Shown here: positions 45,352-56,746 of the stretch, piece by piece
Layout of the letters: each line of letters opens with the position of its first letter
Numbering within the stretch: the stretch's first letter is position 1
NCBI GenBank assembly: GCA_020184695.1
Contig: JAANOX010000134.1
Span: forward strand, 62,001-126,000
DNA: 64,000 nucleotides
Direction: 5' to 3'
Source of the DNA: Histomonas meleagridis 2922-C6/04-290x
Lineage: Eukaryota; Protista; Parabasalia
Notes under the pieces: model-generated
What the model was told of the DNA's origin: nothing
Database searches by the model: none
What the model saw: the letters and a program-made list of their open reading frames with translations, nothing else
Made by a program: the position numbers and the translations under genes

Positions 45352-46707
45352 ATGCGTGAAGTAATTTCGATCCATGTCGGTCAATGCGGCGTTCAAATAG
45401 GTAATGGCTGCTGGGAACTCTACTGCCTTGAGCACGGTATCCAACCTGATGGTCAAATGCCATCAGATAAGACCATCGGCGTTTGCGATGATGCCTTCAA
45501 CACCTTCTTCTCCGAAACAGGCTCAGGCAAACACGTTCCACGTGCAGTCTTTGTCGATCTCGAGCCAACATGTATGGATGAAGTTCGTACTGGTACATAT
45601 CGTCAACTTTTCCATCCAGATCAACTCATCAACGGCAAAGAAGACGCAGCTAATAACTATGCCCGTGGTCATTATACCGTTGGTAAGGAAATCATTGATC
45701 TTACTCTTGATCGTATCCGTAAACTCGCTGACCAATGCACTGGTCTTCAAGGCTTCCTTATCTTCCACTCCTTCGGTGGTGGCACAGGCTCTGGTTTTGG
45801 TTCACTTCTTCTTGAGCGTCTTTCAGTTGATTATGGCAAGAAGTCCAAGCTCGAATTCACAGTCTATCCGGCACCACAAGTCTCAACAGCGGTTGTCGAG
45901 CCATACAACTCCATTCTCGCCACCCATGCTATGATTGATCATTCTGATTGTGCATTCATGGTCGATAACGAAGCACTTTACGACATCTGCCGCCGTGCAT
46001 TAGACATTGAACGACCAACATACACCAACTTGAACCGTTTGATTGGTCAAGTTGTTTCTTCCCTTACTGCATCTCTTCGTTTCGATGGTGCACTCAACGT
46101 CGATTTCAACGAATTCCAAACAAACCTTGTTCCATATGCACGTATCCACTTCCCAATCTGTTCATATGCGCCAGTCATCTCCGCCGAAAAGGCATATCAC
46201 GAACAATTATCAGTTGCCGAAATCACTAACTCTCTTTTCGAGCCAGCGAATATGATGGTCAAATGCGATCCGCGTCACGGTAAGTATATGGCATGCACAT
46301 TATTGTACCGTGGCGATGTCGTGCCTAAGGACGTATCTGCCGCAGTCGCTACGATCAAGACAAAGCGTACAATCCAATTCGTCGATTGGTGTCCAACTGG
46401 TTTCAAGATGGGCATCAACTATCAGCCTCCAACTGTTGTTCCCGGTGGTGACCTCGCTAAGGTACAACGCGCTGTTTGCATGTTAGCCAACACTACTGCT
46501 ATTGCCGAAGCTTGGAGTAGACTCGACCATAAGTTCGACCTTATGTATGCTAAAAGAGCTTTCGTTCATTGGTACGTTGGTGAAGGTATGGAAGAAGCCG
46601 AATTCCCTGAAGCACGTGAAGATCTTGCACTCCTTGAAAAGGATTATGATGAAGTTGCTTCTGAATCAGTCGAAGATGGTGAAGAAGAGGAAGATGACGA
46701 AATGTAA
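45352..46707 (+). CDS. TUBA: Alpha-tubulin
   Basis: [36 protein letters not shown]. Confidence 0.99.
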   Translation: MREVISIHVGQCGVQIGNGCWELYCLEHGIQPDGQMPSDKTIGVCDDAFNTFFSETGSGKHVPRAVFVDLEPTCMDEVRTGTYRQLFHPDQLINGKEDAANNYARGHYTVGKEIIDLTLDRIRKLADQCTGLQGFLIFHSFGGGTGSGFGSLLLERLSVDYGKKSKLEFTVYPAPQVSTAVVEPYNSILATHAMIDHSDCAFMVDNEALYDICRRALDIERPTYTNLNRLIGQVVSSLTASLRFDGALNVDFNEFQTNLVPYARIHFPICSYAPVISAEKAYHEQLSVAEITNSLFEPANMMVKCDPRHGKYMACTLLYRGDVVPKDVSAAVATIKTKRTIQFVDWCPTGFKMGINYQPPTVVPGGDLAKVQRAVCMLANTTAIAEAWSRLDHKFDLMYAKRAFVHWYVGEGMEEAEFPEAREDLALLEKDYDEVASESVEDGEEEEDDEM

Positions 46708-46900
46708 ACTTCCATCAGTAAAAAATTAATCACCACATCAAACATTTGATTTTAAAATTTTAATAATTTTTTGACAAAAAAAATTTTGGAAATTATTTGT
46801 AATGATAAATTTCAGTTTCAAAATACTTTGAATTTAAAAATGTATGTGATTAATATAACAATTTATTATAAATATGTTGGAATGGATTTAAGTGGTAGCA

Positions 46901-48043
46901 TTATTTTATGTCTTCTAATGTTGTTTTTATTTGATTGTTTATGCTTTCAAATTTGTCATTGAGAATTTTTCGGACTTTTTCTTTTTGCTTTGTGACTAAA
47001 ACACCTTTTTTGACAATATTTATGAATTCCCCGCCATCATCGTTATTTAGGATTTCAATGTTTTGAAGTGTTTTTTCTTTTTTCTTTGTTAAATTTAATA
47101 TTTTCATTTTGATTTGTTCAAGTTTTCTCATTTTATCTTTTAATGAATATAATGTTTCAAGATTACATAAATCACTATAATACTCTGGTACATATTCTTT
47201 AAGAGGAATTTCAATACGTAATTCACTCCATAATTGATGTAATTCGAGTTTGAAGTGATCAATCGATTGAGAAATTGTATCGGCACTTTTGAGACCGTTA
47301 AGCCTCTTTGACAGTTTTTTGATTCGCGAATAGCTTAAATCATTTGGATCTTCGTCAATTGGGAAAACTTCATCTATTTCCATATCATTTTCAAGAGTTC
47401 TAATTTCTGAAATTATTTTATTGATTTTGGACTTATTTCGAGATTGAATCTTTTTGAGGGAAAAGAGTTCTGACTCAAGTTTGCGAAATGTTTCATCACT
47501 TAAAGAATTAACGCATTCAATAGGATCGAATTTTAGTTGATCTCTGATTTCTTGAATGTTGAATATAAGCTTCTTCATTAATACGGATCTTCTTGCTACC
47601 TCTGATTTCACACGAACAATGAGTTTGTTTTTTTGAGAATCTGATTCTTTAATTAAATCTTTGGAATTATTAATTTCAAGTAAATCAAAATAATGTTCAA
47701 GCTCCTGGTCAGAATGATCTTGATTTTTAATATATTTTTTTCTTAAATTTTGTAGTTGAAAATTTAGATTTTCTACTTGTTGTCTTAACGAAAGAGAGTG
47801 ATCGAAATTATTTTCTAGTTCATCACCACTATCAATTTTAATTTGTTTTATTTCATTTTCTGCTAAAGATATATTTTCCATTAATTTTTGTTGATGATCA
47901 TATGATTTTTTAAGAAATTTCTTTAATAAACTTGCAATACTTTGATTAAGCCTTTCATATTCTTCTTCTATTTCTTCGTCAGTGAAGCCAATTTTCCTCC
48001 AAATTTCCTCTAAAAAAGGTTCAATGTTTACATCTATTCTCAT
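46901..48043 (-). CDS. Coiled-coil protein, MAP65/PRC1/Ase1-like
   Basis: LEEIWRKIGFTDEE and LHQLWSELRI motifs resemble the MAP65/PRC1 N-terminal repeats. Confidence 0.5.
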   Translation of the reverse strand: MRIDVNIEPFLEEIWRKIGFTDEEIEEEYERLNQSIASLLKKFLKKSYDHQQKLMENISLAENEIKQIKIDSGDELENNFDHSLSLRQQVENLNFQLQNLRKKYIKNQDHSDQELEHYFDLLEINNSKDLIKESDSQKNKLIVRVKSEVARRSVLMKKLIFNIQEIRDQLKFDPIECVNSLSDETFRKLESELFSLKKIQSRNKSKINKIISEIRTLENDMEIDEVFPIDEDPNDLSYSRIKKLSKRLNGLKSADTISQSIDHFKLELHQLWSELRIEIPLKEYVPEYYSDLCNLETLYSLKDKMRKLEQIKMKILNLTKKKEKTLQNIEILNNDDGGEFINIVKKGVLVTKQKEKVRKILNDKFESINNQIKTTLEDIK

Positions 48044-48152
48044 CACGGGCCTAACGTTCTTTAAACGGAATTTTTGCTTTTGACGGTTCTTCAACACAAG
48101 CTTCAATTGAAAAATTCTGAACATTACATTTGCCGGATTCAAATAACTCGCA

Positions 48153-49514
48153 ATGCTGTCGGTTCTTCTTTCCTTCTTTTTCTCCATCAATTATGGTGTT
48201 TTATTCGACGCAGGTGCTACGCAAACTACTGTTCATGTTTTTAGCTGGGAAGAACATACTAATATTACCGAAATAGATCTCGGAGAAAATGGAACTGTTT
48301 CAACCCCGCTTCATTATGCTGCATATGATAAAACTCTTATTCAAAAAATACTTGAGCCATTACTTACAGAAGTTAAAAAAGTTATTCCAGCAGAACAAAT
48401 TCCAAATTCAGATCTTTACTTATTTGGAACTAATGGATTCAGAAGCCTCAACGATGATGAGCAAACAAACCTTATAGATGAGGTAAGAACCTACTTAAAA
48501 GAAAACTGTGATTTCAAAATCGAAGATAGTTACATTGAAACACTTAACCAAATTGAAGAAAGTATTTACTACTGGATATCAGTCAATTCCATTCTTGGCT
48601 ATCTTGGAACAGATAAGCAAGTCATTGTTGCAACATATGGTGGAAATCTTCAATTCACATATGCAACTGATTCAACCGATGATAAATACAAAGATAATCG
48701 TTTCAAAGTAAATTATGACAACAAGACAATCACTGTCTTCACATATTACAGCACACTTGGCACATCCAACTCTAAAAATAATCATACACAATCTATCGCC
48801 AAATCTCAAAATACATCCGAAATCATATCACCATGTTTCAATAAAGGCTACAGCGAAACAGGTGGCATCAGTATCAATGGCAGTGGCGATTACAATCATT
48901 GTTATCAATTAATATCAAATTATACATTTCCTGAAAATCCATCCAAATGCGAATCCGGATATTGCTTTGTGTCAGGCATCGATATTCCACTTGCCGCTGG
49001 CACCAATGAGATTATTGCAACAAGTGGATTTGCATATCCAACCGAATACTTCCAATTAGAAGAAAACTTTTCGTCCATCAATGACCATAAGAGAAGTGGT
49101 GTTGAAATCTGCAATATGAGTTATGATGAATTGATATCCAAATATGGTCAATCTTCATATGCAGGCGATTATTGCTTCCAAATGGCCATAACGGACAATT
49201 TCCTCGAACGTGGCATTGGCTGTGACCCTAACGCCAAGTCAATACAGTTCATCACAAGTATTGATAATGTCCGCATCGATTGGATTCGAGGTGCAATGAT
49301 ATCACGTGCAGAAGGTACTGATATTATGCCCGATGAGGGAATGTCAGATCTCCAAAAAATCGTTGGCATTATCGTTGGTGTCGTTGTGGCAGTTATTGTC
49401 ATTTTCGTTATTGTTTTCATTATAATGAGATATAAACACTTGAAGGAACAACGCGATGAGGACCATATTCCGCTCGCTGACCCCGCGCAGGATGACCAAC
49501 CTAATGATGTATAA
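48153..49514 (+). CDS. GDA1/CD39 (NTPDase/apyrase) family membrane protein, divergent
   Basis: Signal peptide, ACR1-like FDAGATQT, ACR2-like GTNGFR, ACR3-like EESIYYWISVN, C-terminal TM. Confidence 0.8.
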   Translation: MLSVLLSFFFSINYGVLFDAGATQTTVHVFSWEEHTNITEIDLGENGTVSTPLHYAAYDKTLIQKILEPLLTEVKKVIPAEQIPNSDLYLFGTNGFRSLNDDEQTNLIDEVRTYLKENCDFKIEDSYIETLNQIEESIYYWISVNSILGYLGTDKQVIVATYGGNLQFTYATDSTDDKYKDNRFKVNYDNKTITVFTYYSTLGTSNSKNNHTQSIAKSQNTSEIISPCFNKGYSETGGISINGSGDYNHCYQLISNYTFPENPSKCESGYCFVSGIDIPLAAGTNEIIATSGFAYPTEYFQLEENFSSINDHKRSGVEICNMSYDELISKYGQSSYAGDYCFQMAITDNFLERGIGCDPNAKSIQFITSIDNVRIDWIRGAMISRAEGTDIMPDEGMSDLQKIVGIIVGVVVAVIVIFVIVFIIMRYKHLKEQRDEDHIPLADPAQDDQPNDV

Positions 49515-49752
49515 ACGCCAGTTGCTATGAAAATTATTTGTCGCATCGTAAAATGGAAAAGTTTTGAAATTTATATCAAATTGTCATGGTTAGTAATTAT
49601 TTATATGTTACTGAAGTGTGTTATTTAGCTGATGTAGGAAAATGAAAAAATTTTGTGATTTTAAAGCTTCATCCATGCGACACTTTTGAATGCTTTGAGT
49701 TCAAATTGAAAAAGTTTGTTCAAAGGGTTTTGAACTGAGCTTTCCCACACCT

Positions 49753-49808
49753 CAGTTTTTGAATTTAAATCCGATGATTTTTCATTCATTCGATTCTATC
49801 GTTGGGAA
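49753..49808 (+). repeat. Dispersed 56-bp element, copy 2
   Basis: Matches 12144-12199 with 2 mismatches. Confidence 0.85.
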
Positions 49809-49875
49809 TTTATGAATACAAATATTTGTATGAAACGAAAATTAAAGTTACAATAAAAGATAAATTTATTTATTT

Positions 49876-51267
49876 CTAAAGTTCGTCATCTACGTATTGG
49901 TTTAATTGTCTCTTTGTCCTCCTGTCTCTCATCTCTTTTCTGACGTCGTCTTGAATTCGCTCCAAGTCCGCGGAAGGCCTTTTCACAGCACTGTTTGAGT
50001 TGTCCACCACGAAGCCCACGAGTTTCTCAACTGTTATGCTGCTTGTTCTCAAGAAAACAGGCGCTTTAACGTCAGCGAAATACACAAACATTGGAACGTT
50101 GTCATCGATATCGAAATCGATTGGAACATCATTCACAGACACATTATACACAAAGAAATGCACATTATTCAGAATGTTTCTCATATAATTCAGTATCAAC
50201 ATATATTCTTCAGTGTTTTCGTCTTCTCTTCCAACAAATAAAACAAGTGAATTCGACTTAAGTTTCGAAGCAAAATTAGATCGCACTAATTGCATTTCAA
50301 CTTTAGGATTAACTTTCTCCGAAACTGGTGTAGGCTCGATCTCGTTATTTCTAATTTGTGTCAAAAACTTCTTCAAATATTCGAAATTTAAAGAATTTTG
50401 ATCATTAATTATAAACCGTTTTTCATCAAAATGAGTCGTGTTCCAAACAACAAATAACGGAAATGACATGAATTTTAACTTGGAAAGTATGGCAAAAAGT
50501 GAAGATAAGGCTCCTGTAAGTGGTGAAAAATAAAAATCTTCTGGAAACTCTGTGGCTAACCGCCTGATAACCGCCATTTCCTCTGAATTCGCCTCCTTTT
50601 TGTATGGCGTCAGAAAATAACCGGCGAAAAACGGTCGCTTTGTGAGATCTGTTGTTTCTGGATTAACAATCGGCGTTTTGAGATAGGAATGATAATTTTT
50701 GGTTGCTTGAATAAGTTGTCGGTCAATTCCTCTGTAAACATAAAGACCTGAGACAACAGAAAGATTAAAAAAAGAAAAAAGATATGATGAAACTTGATAA
50801 TATTTGAGATCATTTTGATACTCTTTTGGTGGGCTTTGAAGATCAATTCCAAAAAGAACAGTAGATGAGTTTTCAAAAATAAGACGAAGTTCTTCTGGAT
50901 GATAAATTGTTATAACACTTTTATCTGAATAACTTAATTTTCTACACCAATCAGCAAAGGCAATGTCACTTCCAAATACATCAAATTGATCGATAACATT
51001 ACCATTTTTATATGCTTGAATTAAAGGATAACCTTTTTTTGATTTTTTAGTACTATTTTCTGCAATAATAAAATCAATCGAATTTTTATATTTCATCACA
51101 CCGAAATTTATAAAGTCTAGCAATGGAGAAGTATAATTTGTATAAATAACAACTGAAGTCATTTGCTTAGAAATTTTGTTTTGAAGCTCTTTCTCATCAA
51201 TACGCACTACTGTGGTATATTGGCCAAGTGGATCTTTTATCCTCAGGAAAAGAGAAAAGAGCAGCAT
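49876..51267 (-). CDS. Secreted/ER protein with probable multiple thioredoxin-like folds, no CxxC seen
   Basis: Signal-like MLLFSLFL; YPLIQAYKNG, FPLFVV and VPMFVYF strands typical of Trx folds. Confidence 0.55.
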   Translation of the reverse strand: MLLFSLFLRIKDPLGQYTTVVRIDEKELQNKISKQMTSVVIYTNYTSPLLDFINFGVMKYKNSIDFIIAENSTKKSKKGYPLIQAYKNGNVIDQFDVFGSDIAFADWCRKLSYSDKSVITIYHPEELRLIFENSSTVLFGIDLQSPPKEYQNDLKYYQVSSYLFSFFNLSVVSGLYVYRGIDRQLIQATKNYHSYLKTPIVNPETTDLTKRPFFAGYFLTPYKKEANSEEMAVIRRLATEFPEDFYFSPLTGALSSLFAILSKLKFMSFPLFVVWNTTHFDEKRFIINDQNSLNFEYLKKFLTQIRNNEIEPTPVSEKVNPKVEMQLVRSNFASKLKSNSLVLFVGREDENTEEYMLILNYMRNILNNVHFFVYNVSVNDVPIDFDIDDNVPMFVYFADVKAPVFLRTSSITVEKLVGFVVDNSNSAVKRPSADLERIQDDVRKEMRDRRTKRQLNQYVDDEL

Positions 51268-51332
51268 AAAATTGTTGTGAAAAAATTAACTGTTATGTGA
51301 AAAAAAGTGAAAAAAAGTCGCTTTATAAATCA

Positions 51333-51902
51333 TTAGTTTTTTCTCAGGTTTAAGAAGTATTCATCTTCACCTGAAGGGCTACTGTCTTCGCCTGTATATG
51401 GTTTTGGTAACGTGTCGAAAATTTTGTTATAAATATTAACAATTTTTTTGTAATTAATCAATTTGATTTTATTGTGGGGTAACTCTACTTCCTTAAATCG
51501 TGTTGAATCATTAAGCTTTGGCAAAATAAAATGATTATATATGTGTATTGCAAAATTGAAAAGTGGATTAAATAGGCCAATATTTATCAAAATTCTTAGT
51601 GTAAAAAAAATGTTTTTCATCCCAACCACGAGAGAAAAACATTCTTCAATGATTGTGATTACGGTCATGCATAGACAATATAAAATCATTGAAATTAATA
51701 ATCCATAATCTTTGGATTTACAAACATTTTGAGCTTTGTACAATATACCAAAAATTTTGGTTGTGTAAGTTAGTATGTATGGGTATAAATAATGCAAGGG
51801 CTGTTTTGTTGAACCCTTTTGCATTATGACGATAAAACCGACATTTGTCTTGTTTCTCGAAACCAATTGTTCAAATAGCCTTACAGAGCCAATATACTTC
51901 AA
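51333..51902 (-). CDS. Hypothetical protein
   Basis: 189-aa ORF with hydrophobic stretches; no motif. Confidence 0.3.
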   Translation of the reverse strand: MKYIGSVRLFEQLVSRNKTNVGFIVIMQKGSTKQPLHYLYPYILTYTTKIFGILYKAQNVCKSKDYGLLISMILYCLCMTVITIIEECFSLVVGMKNIFFTLRILINIGLFNPLFNFAIHIYNHFILPKLNDSTRFKEVELPHNKIKLINYKKIVNIYNKIFDTLPKPYTGEDSSPSGEDEYFLNLRKN

Positions 51903-52128
51903 ACAAGCGGAATACCAATAACGTTTTTCTATATACTCTTAAGTTACTACGAATTTAAAATTTCTCATTTTTATCAAATTTACAAAAAAAGTCCAACATA
52001 AGAAAGAAAAAGACACTATGCAAATCGCATACATTCTTTATGTTAACCAATTTAATGATTTAAAATAGCCCAATTACAAATTCAGCATTTACAAATTACG
52101 AAGACAAATTATGATTGAATAACCTTTT

Positions 52129-53508
52129 TTACTTCTTCTTGTTTGTGTAATGTGTATGAAGCAATTCGTGTGCAAGGTGGCTGTTTGGCTTCTCGAGTAA
52201 TCTATCGTACAATTCCTTCAATTGTTGGTTCTGGTGTGAGCAACGAACCTTTGATTGTGTGTCAATCTTATATACAGCGTCGACACGTGCGTCAGTTGCC
52301 TTCTTAGTCTTAGCCTTTGTGGATCCTCCGCCACATACACATCCACCTGGGCATGCCATAACTTCAACAAATTTGACATCTGCAACCTTTGGATCCTTGT
52401 CTTTGATCATCTTAATGAGCTTCATAGCATTTGCAATTCCTTGTGCAACAGCAACACCAACTTTTGTGCCTTCAATATCAACGCTTGCAACCTTGATTCC
52501 ATCCTTATGACCACGGACTGCAACAAGATCAGTTCCTGGAAGTTCTTTGCCAGTGACAATGTTGTATGCAGTACGAACAGCTGCTTCCATAACACCACCA
52601 GAGCCACAGAAAATAGCACCGGCACCAGAGGCTTCTGAGAATGGTACGTCGAACTCTGAATCTGGAAGATTCTTGAAATCTATTTTATGCTTCTTGATCA
52701 TACGCATAAGTTCACGTGTGGTAATGACATAGTCGGTTTCCTTGAAGCCTTTGGTTGAGAATTGTGGTCTTTCGATTTCATCTTTCTTGGCTGTGCATGG
52801 CATGATGGCAACATTGAAGACTTTACCTTCAATGCCTTTACGCTTAGCAAAATCGAAGTGTGTGATTGAGCTGAGCATGCCCAATGGGGAACGGCATGTA
52901 GAAAGATTTGGAATAAGATCTGGATCACTTTGTTCAACATAGTTAACCCATGCAGGGCAGCAGGATGTGAACATTGGAAGTGGACCTGTTCCTTTGGTAA
53001 GTCTGGAAACGAATTCAGTTGCTTCTTCCATGATGGTAAGATCAGCAGAATAGTTGGTATCAAAGACATACTTGAAGCCAAGCTTGCGGAGAGCTGAAAC
53101 CATCTTGCCTGTGCTGATAGTACCTGCTGGAAGACCGAGTGCATCAGAAAGATTGATACGGATAGCTGGTGCAGTTTGGCAGACAGCAACTTTACCGTTT
53201 GGATTGTTAAGAACCTTTTCAACTTCAGAAATTTGGTCCTTTTCAGAGAGAGCTGATGGTTTGCAAACAAGTGTGCATTGACCACATTTGACGCAAGTCG
53301 ATTCTTGAAGTGGTTTTCCATTAGCTGTACCGATTCTCTTCTTGCCGTTTACATCAACAAGAGCTAATACACCTTGTCCGGCAACTGTCTTGCATGTTTT
53401 AACGCAAACGCCACAGCCAACACATTTGGATGGGTCGATGGTAATTGAGTTGGTGGAAAGGTCCTTTGCGATTTTGGCGAAGGAGCGAGATGGTGCTGAA
53501 GCAAGCAT
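52129..53508 (-). CDS. Hydrogenosomal [FeFe]-hydrogenase (short type, two 4Fe-4S F-clusters)
   Basis: Leader MLASAPSRSFA; CVGCGVCVKTC and CVKCGQCTLVC; H-cluster motifs FTSCCP, MPCTAKKDE, EVMACPGGC. Confidence 0.97.
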   Translation of the reverse strand: MLASAPSRSFAKIAKDLSTNSITIDPSKCVGCGVCVKTCKTVAGQGVLALVDVNGKKRIGTANGKPLQESTCVKCGQCTLVCKPSALSEKDQISEVEKVLNNPNGKVAVCQTAPAIRINLSDALGLPAGTISTGKMVSALRKLGFKYVFDTNYSADLTIMEEATEFVSRLTKGTGPLPMFTSCCPAWVNYVEQSDPDLIPNLSTCRSPLGMLSSITHFDFAKRKGIEGKVFNVAIMPCTAKKDEIERPQFSTKGFKETDYVITTRELMRMIKKHKIDFKNLPDSEFDVPFSEASGAGAIFCGSGGVMEAAVRTAYNIVTGKELPGTDLVAVRGHKDGIKVASVDIEGTKVGVAVAQGIANAMKLIKMIKDKDPKVADVKFVEVMACPGGCVCGGGSTKAKTKKATDARVDAVYKIDTQSKVRCSHQNQQLKELYDRLLEKPNSHLAHELLHTHYTNKKK

Positions 53509-53776
53509 AAAAGTGATGACCGCCCTACTGAAAATTAAGCCGAAAATTCGGTTTTAAACTTTTTGAATAGCGTGAGGTGTTTTTTGAGAAGGGAGTTATC
53601 AAAATTTGAACTTCCGGACATATCGGTTCCAAGGAGAAAACCACATTCACTTTTGGAAGTTTTGACATGTTTATTTTTGAGGGTACAATGGCACTTTTAT
53701 TAACCTTGAAAATAAACCGTTTTGTGTATCGTCACTTTTTTCGGATGTGCAATAGACGTTTAGAAAAAAATGGGAA

Positions 53777-55198
53777 ATGAAAAAACAGAAAAAAAGCATA
53801 AATCCACAAAATCCTGATACAAATTTTTATACTCAAACTATGAAGGTTGAGTTTGAAGAGGTAAATCAAGGTGGAGAAGAAGCAATTAAAATTGTAAATG
53901 GACTTCGAAATTTAATTCAAAAAAAGGAGTCTGAGGTTTTTCGTTTAAGAGAACTTCTTCAAAGAGATGAAGAAACAGATGTATTGACAACAGATGATCA
54001 ATTAAAACAACTTCAATTAGCATTTATCAATGTACAAAATCAATGTTCTATTATGATGAAACCAGTTGAGATGGAAAATAGAAAAATAGTTTCTGCATTA
54101 AATGGGAAAAAGCGAAAATTAGATGTTTTAATATCTTTCAAAAAAGAAAAGGAAAAAGCAATTGAAGAATTAAATAATGAGATCAATAAAATAGCCACAA
54201 ATCTAAATGATAAAATAATAAATGAAGAGGAAGAAATTCATTTTGTTAATGAAACAAACAATTATGCAATTACTCAAACAGAAATAGATCGAACAAAAAG
54301 ATTAATTGCTTTTGATCTTTTTGATACTAAAGCTCTTCTTAAACTCAATGAAACTCTTAAAAGCTCTTTATCAGATGCAAAAAATCGTGAATTAAAAGCC
54401 AAAAAGCAATATGAAAATGTGAATCGCAACAAAGAAATTAAACTCTTTGAAAAGAATCCAAAAATCGATGAAAACTATCTTAAAGAACTTCAATCACTTG
54501 CTTCGAAAGAGTTAGAGCTGAAACATCAAAAAGCAATTATACAAATGCTTAATGATGACATTACGCATCTTAATTCTGAAAATCAAAATCATATAAACAC
54601 TATTTCAAACCTAAAGGAACAACTTATAGAACTTAACAAATATATTCTTTATAAGAAAACATCAAAAAAGGGAACAGTTCGCAACTTATTAATGGAAATT
54701 GAATCTCAACGTGATTGTGCACAATTGGATTTACTTGTATCCAAAGGAAATTTACAAATCATTCAGCAGAAACACAATAAGCTCAATCAAAATCTCGAAA
54801 GCTTTCCTTCAATTCTGGAAAAGAAAAAAAATAAGTTGAATGAAACAAATAAAATTAATTATGATGCAAGAGAACAACTTCAAGAATCAATTGATAATTT
54901 AGCTGTTTATAAAAGTCAATTAAAATTTATGGAAGCACAAAAACGATTACTAACGGAGAGAATTAAAAAATATCGTGAAAAAGAACAGAAAATTATAAAA
55001 AGAACGAAAAATTTAGAACAAATGTTCAAAAAGCAAATGCTCATTAGAGAATTCAATGAACAAAAGAATATGCTCAAGAATTGTAACCTTGCAAATGTGG
55101 CAAACACTGTTGAAGCAATGCTAAAGCTTGGAGATGAAATCAAAGAAAACTCTGTACAGGAAATATCAGAGAATTCATTTTCCAAATTGTCATTTTAA
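53777..55198 (+). CDS. Coiled-coil hypothetical protein
   Basis: 473-aa K/E/Q/L-rich ORF. Confidence 0.65.
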   Translation: MKKQKKSINPQNPDTNFYTQTMKVEFEEVNQGGEEAIKIVNGLRNLIQKKESEVFRLRELLQRDEETDVLTTDDQLKQLQLAFINVQNQCSIMMKPVEMENRKIVSALNGKKRKLDVLISFKKEKEKAIEELNNEINKIATNLNDKIINEEEEIHFVNETNNYAITQTEIDRTKRLIAFDLFDTKALLKLNETLKSSLSDAKNRELKAKKQYENVNRNKEIKLFEKNPKIDENYLKELQSLASKELELKHQKAIIQMLNDDITHLNSENQNHINTISNLKEQLIELNKYILYKKTSKKGTVRNLLMEIESQRDCAQLDLLVSKGNLQIIQQKHNKLNQNLESFPSILEKKKNKLNETNKINYDAREQLQESIDNLAVYKSQLKFMEAQKRLLTERIKKYREKEQKIIKRTKNLEQMFKKQMLIREFNEQKNMLKNCNLANVANTVEAMLKLGDEIKENSVQEISENSFSKLSF

Positions 55199-55299
55199 AT
55201 CTGAAATTTAAAGATCGTCAATGATTTTTAAAAATACTTTCAAACAATGCTTCATTTAATTTGTTTTTGTATATTTAAATAAACATATAATCATATATT

Positions 55300-56184
55300 T
55301 GATATACCTTAGTTTTAGTTTTATTATCAAATTGAAGAGTTGGCATAATCAAAAAATGAAGAGACCTGATATAGCGTCGATGAATGCTTCGAGAAATTGA
55401 AAGAATTTGTGAAAAACTGATTTGTCCTAATACACCAACAATTAGTGATAATGCATTTGATAATATTTCTGTTAATTCAGTTATGGTATCAAATGAATAC
55501 CAGGGCGAAAAATTCGGTATTTTGATGTAAGTAAAGGAACAATCATTGGTGGCTGTGTCCCCATCCAAACAGAAGGTAAAATATATTCTCAAATTCTAAT
55601 TTTTCTTTGAATTCTTTTTTAAGTGCACTTAATCATTTTCGAAAATTGAATCAAACACATATACTAAATCTTCTTCAGGTACTTTTCAATCGACATATTT
55701 AAGTAACATTTCTTTTTCACTCACAATCACACGTTCAGTTTCATTCACACAAACAGTATCAATATTAATTAATATTCAACGTATAAGAAATTATTTACTG
55801 CTTCGCAATACAACTCAATGTTAACGTATATCGAAACAGAAGGTATTTATTATGAATCCACAATTGTTGAAATCTCATTTTACAATAATTATTATGTAAA
55901 TTCATCTATAATTATATATGTGAATGACATAATACCTGAAAATTATGCTACGTATAAAGCAACAGTCATAGATGTATCTGTTTCGATCGTAATAATCATT
56001 ATTACTTTATTGCTGTTTGCTTTATTAATTCGTATTCATGGTAAATTTCACAAACGCATTTAACATCGAAGAAAATGAACACGAAGTTACATTTGAAGCT
56101 GGAGTTCGAATATCAGATATTGAAGAAGATCCGTTTGGTGTCTATTTCAAAGAATTCATTAACTCAATATCATATAATTTTTAA
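55300..56184 (+). pseudogene. Decayed 3' part of a BspA-like membrane protein gene
   Basis: Fragments PTISDNAFDNISVNSVMVSNEYQGEKFG, T/S-rich stalk, TM (55818-56063) and frameshifted tail IEEDPFG like the 20017 gene. Confidence 0.6.
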
Positions 56185-56326
56185 GTAAACAATAAATTTT
56201 ATGTTGAAAATAATTTGTATAAAATTGAGTAAAAATCTGATAAATCAATTTCCAAAAAAATGTGAAAAAATAAATGATAAAATGAGATTTTGTGATATGT
56301 AAAAAATGCTTTTTACTGTTTTCTAG

Positions 56327-56617
56327 TTATCCACCATGAAGGGTTGATATGAAGGTGATTGTATCTTTTTCACTTAAAACTGAATCAACGCCCTCAATTG
56401 CAGCATCAATATCATTGACCATTATAAGGACTCCAGGAAGTACATTACCATTTGAGTCAGTAAATCTAATTTTGCTTGGATCTTCGATATATTTATCGAC
56501 CAAAATTTTTGGTAATTGTTCGATTCTTGTTCCTTCTTCAACTTCTAAATCTATACCATTTGGTGCATTGAAATCAGTCTGAAGGCCTCCTTCGAAATCA
56601 ATGTGCACTAAAACCAT
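56327..56617 (-). CDS. URM1: Ubiquitin-related modifier 1
   Basis: VLPGVLIMVND ... ITFISTLHGG C-terminus. Confidence 0.92.
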   Translation of the reverse strand: MVLVHIDFEGGLQTDFNAPNGIDLEVEEGTRIEQLPKILVDKYIEDPSKIRFTDSNGNVLPGVLIMVNDIDAAIEGVDSVLSEKDTITFISTLHGG

Positions 56618-56746
56618 CAGCAAAAAAATGATTTTTGATTGAATACTTTATTTCTCATCTGAATGTTTTATTTTGGACACCGTTATCGGCGGTTTTGTCC
56701 AGTTTTGATCGGTAACTTAACGTCCTTTTTAAACGGAAAAACCAAA

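Noticed and set aside
52255-53557. Antisense and alternate-frame ORFs over the hydrogenase (likewise over tubulin, RPT3, RPS7 and the AKR)
   Set aside because: Shadow ORFs of GC-richer, well-supported genes.
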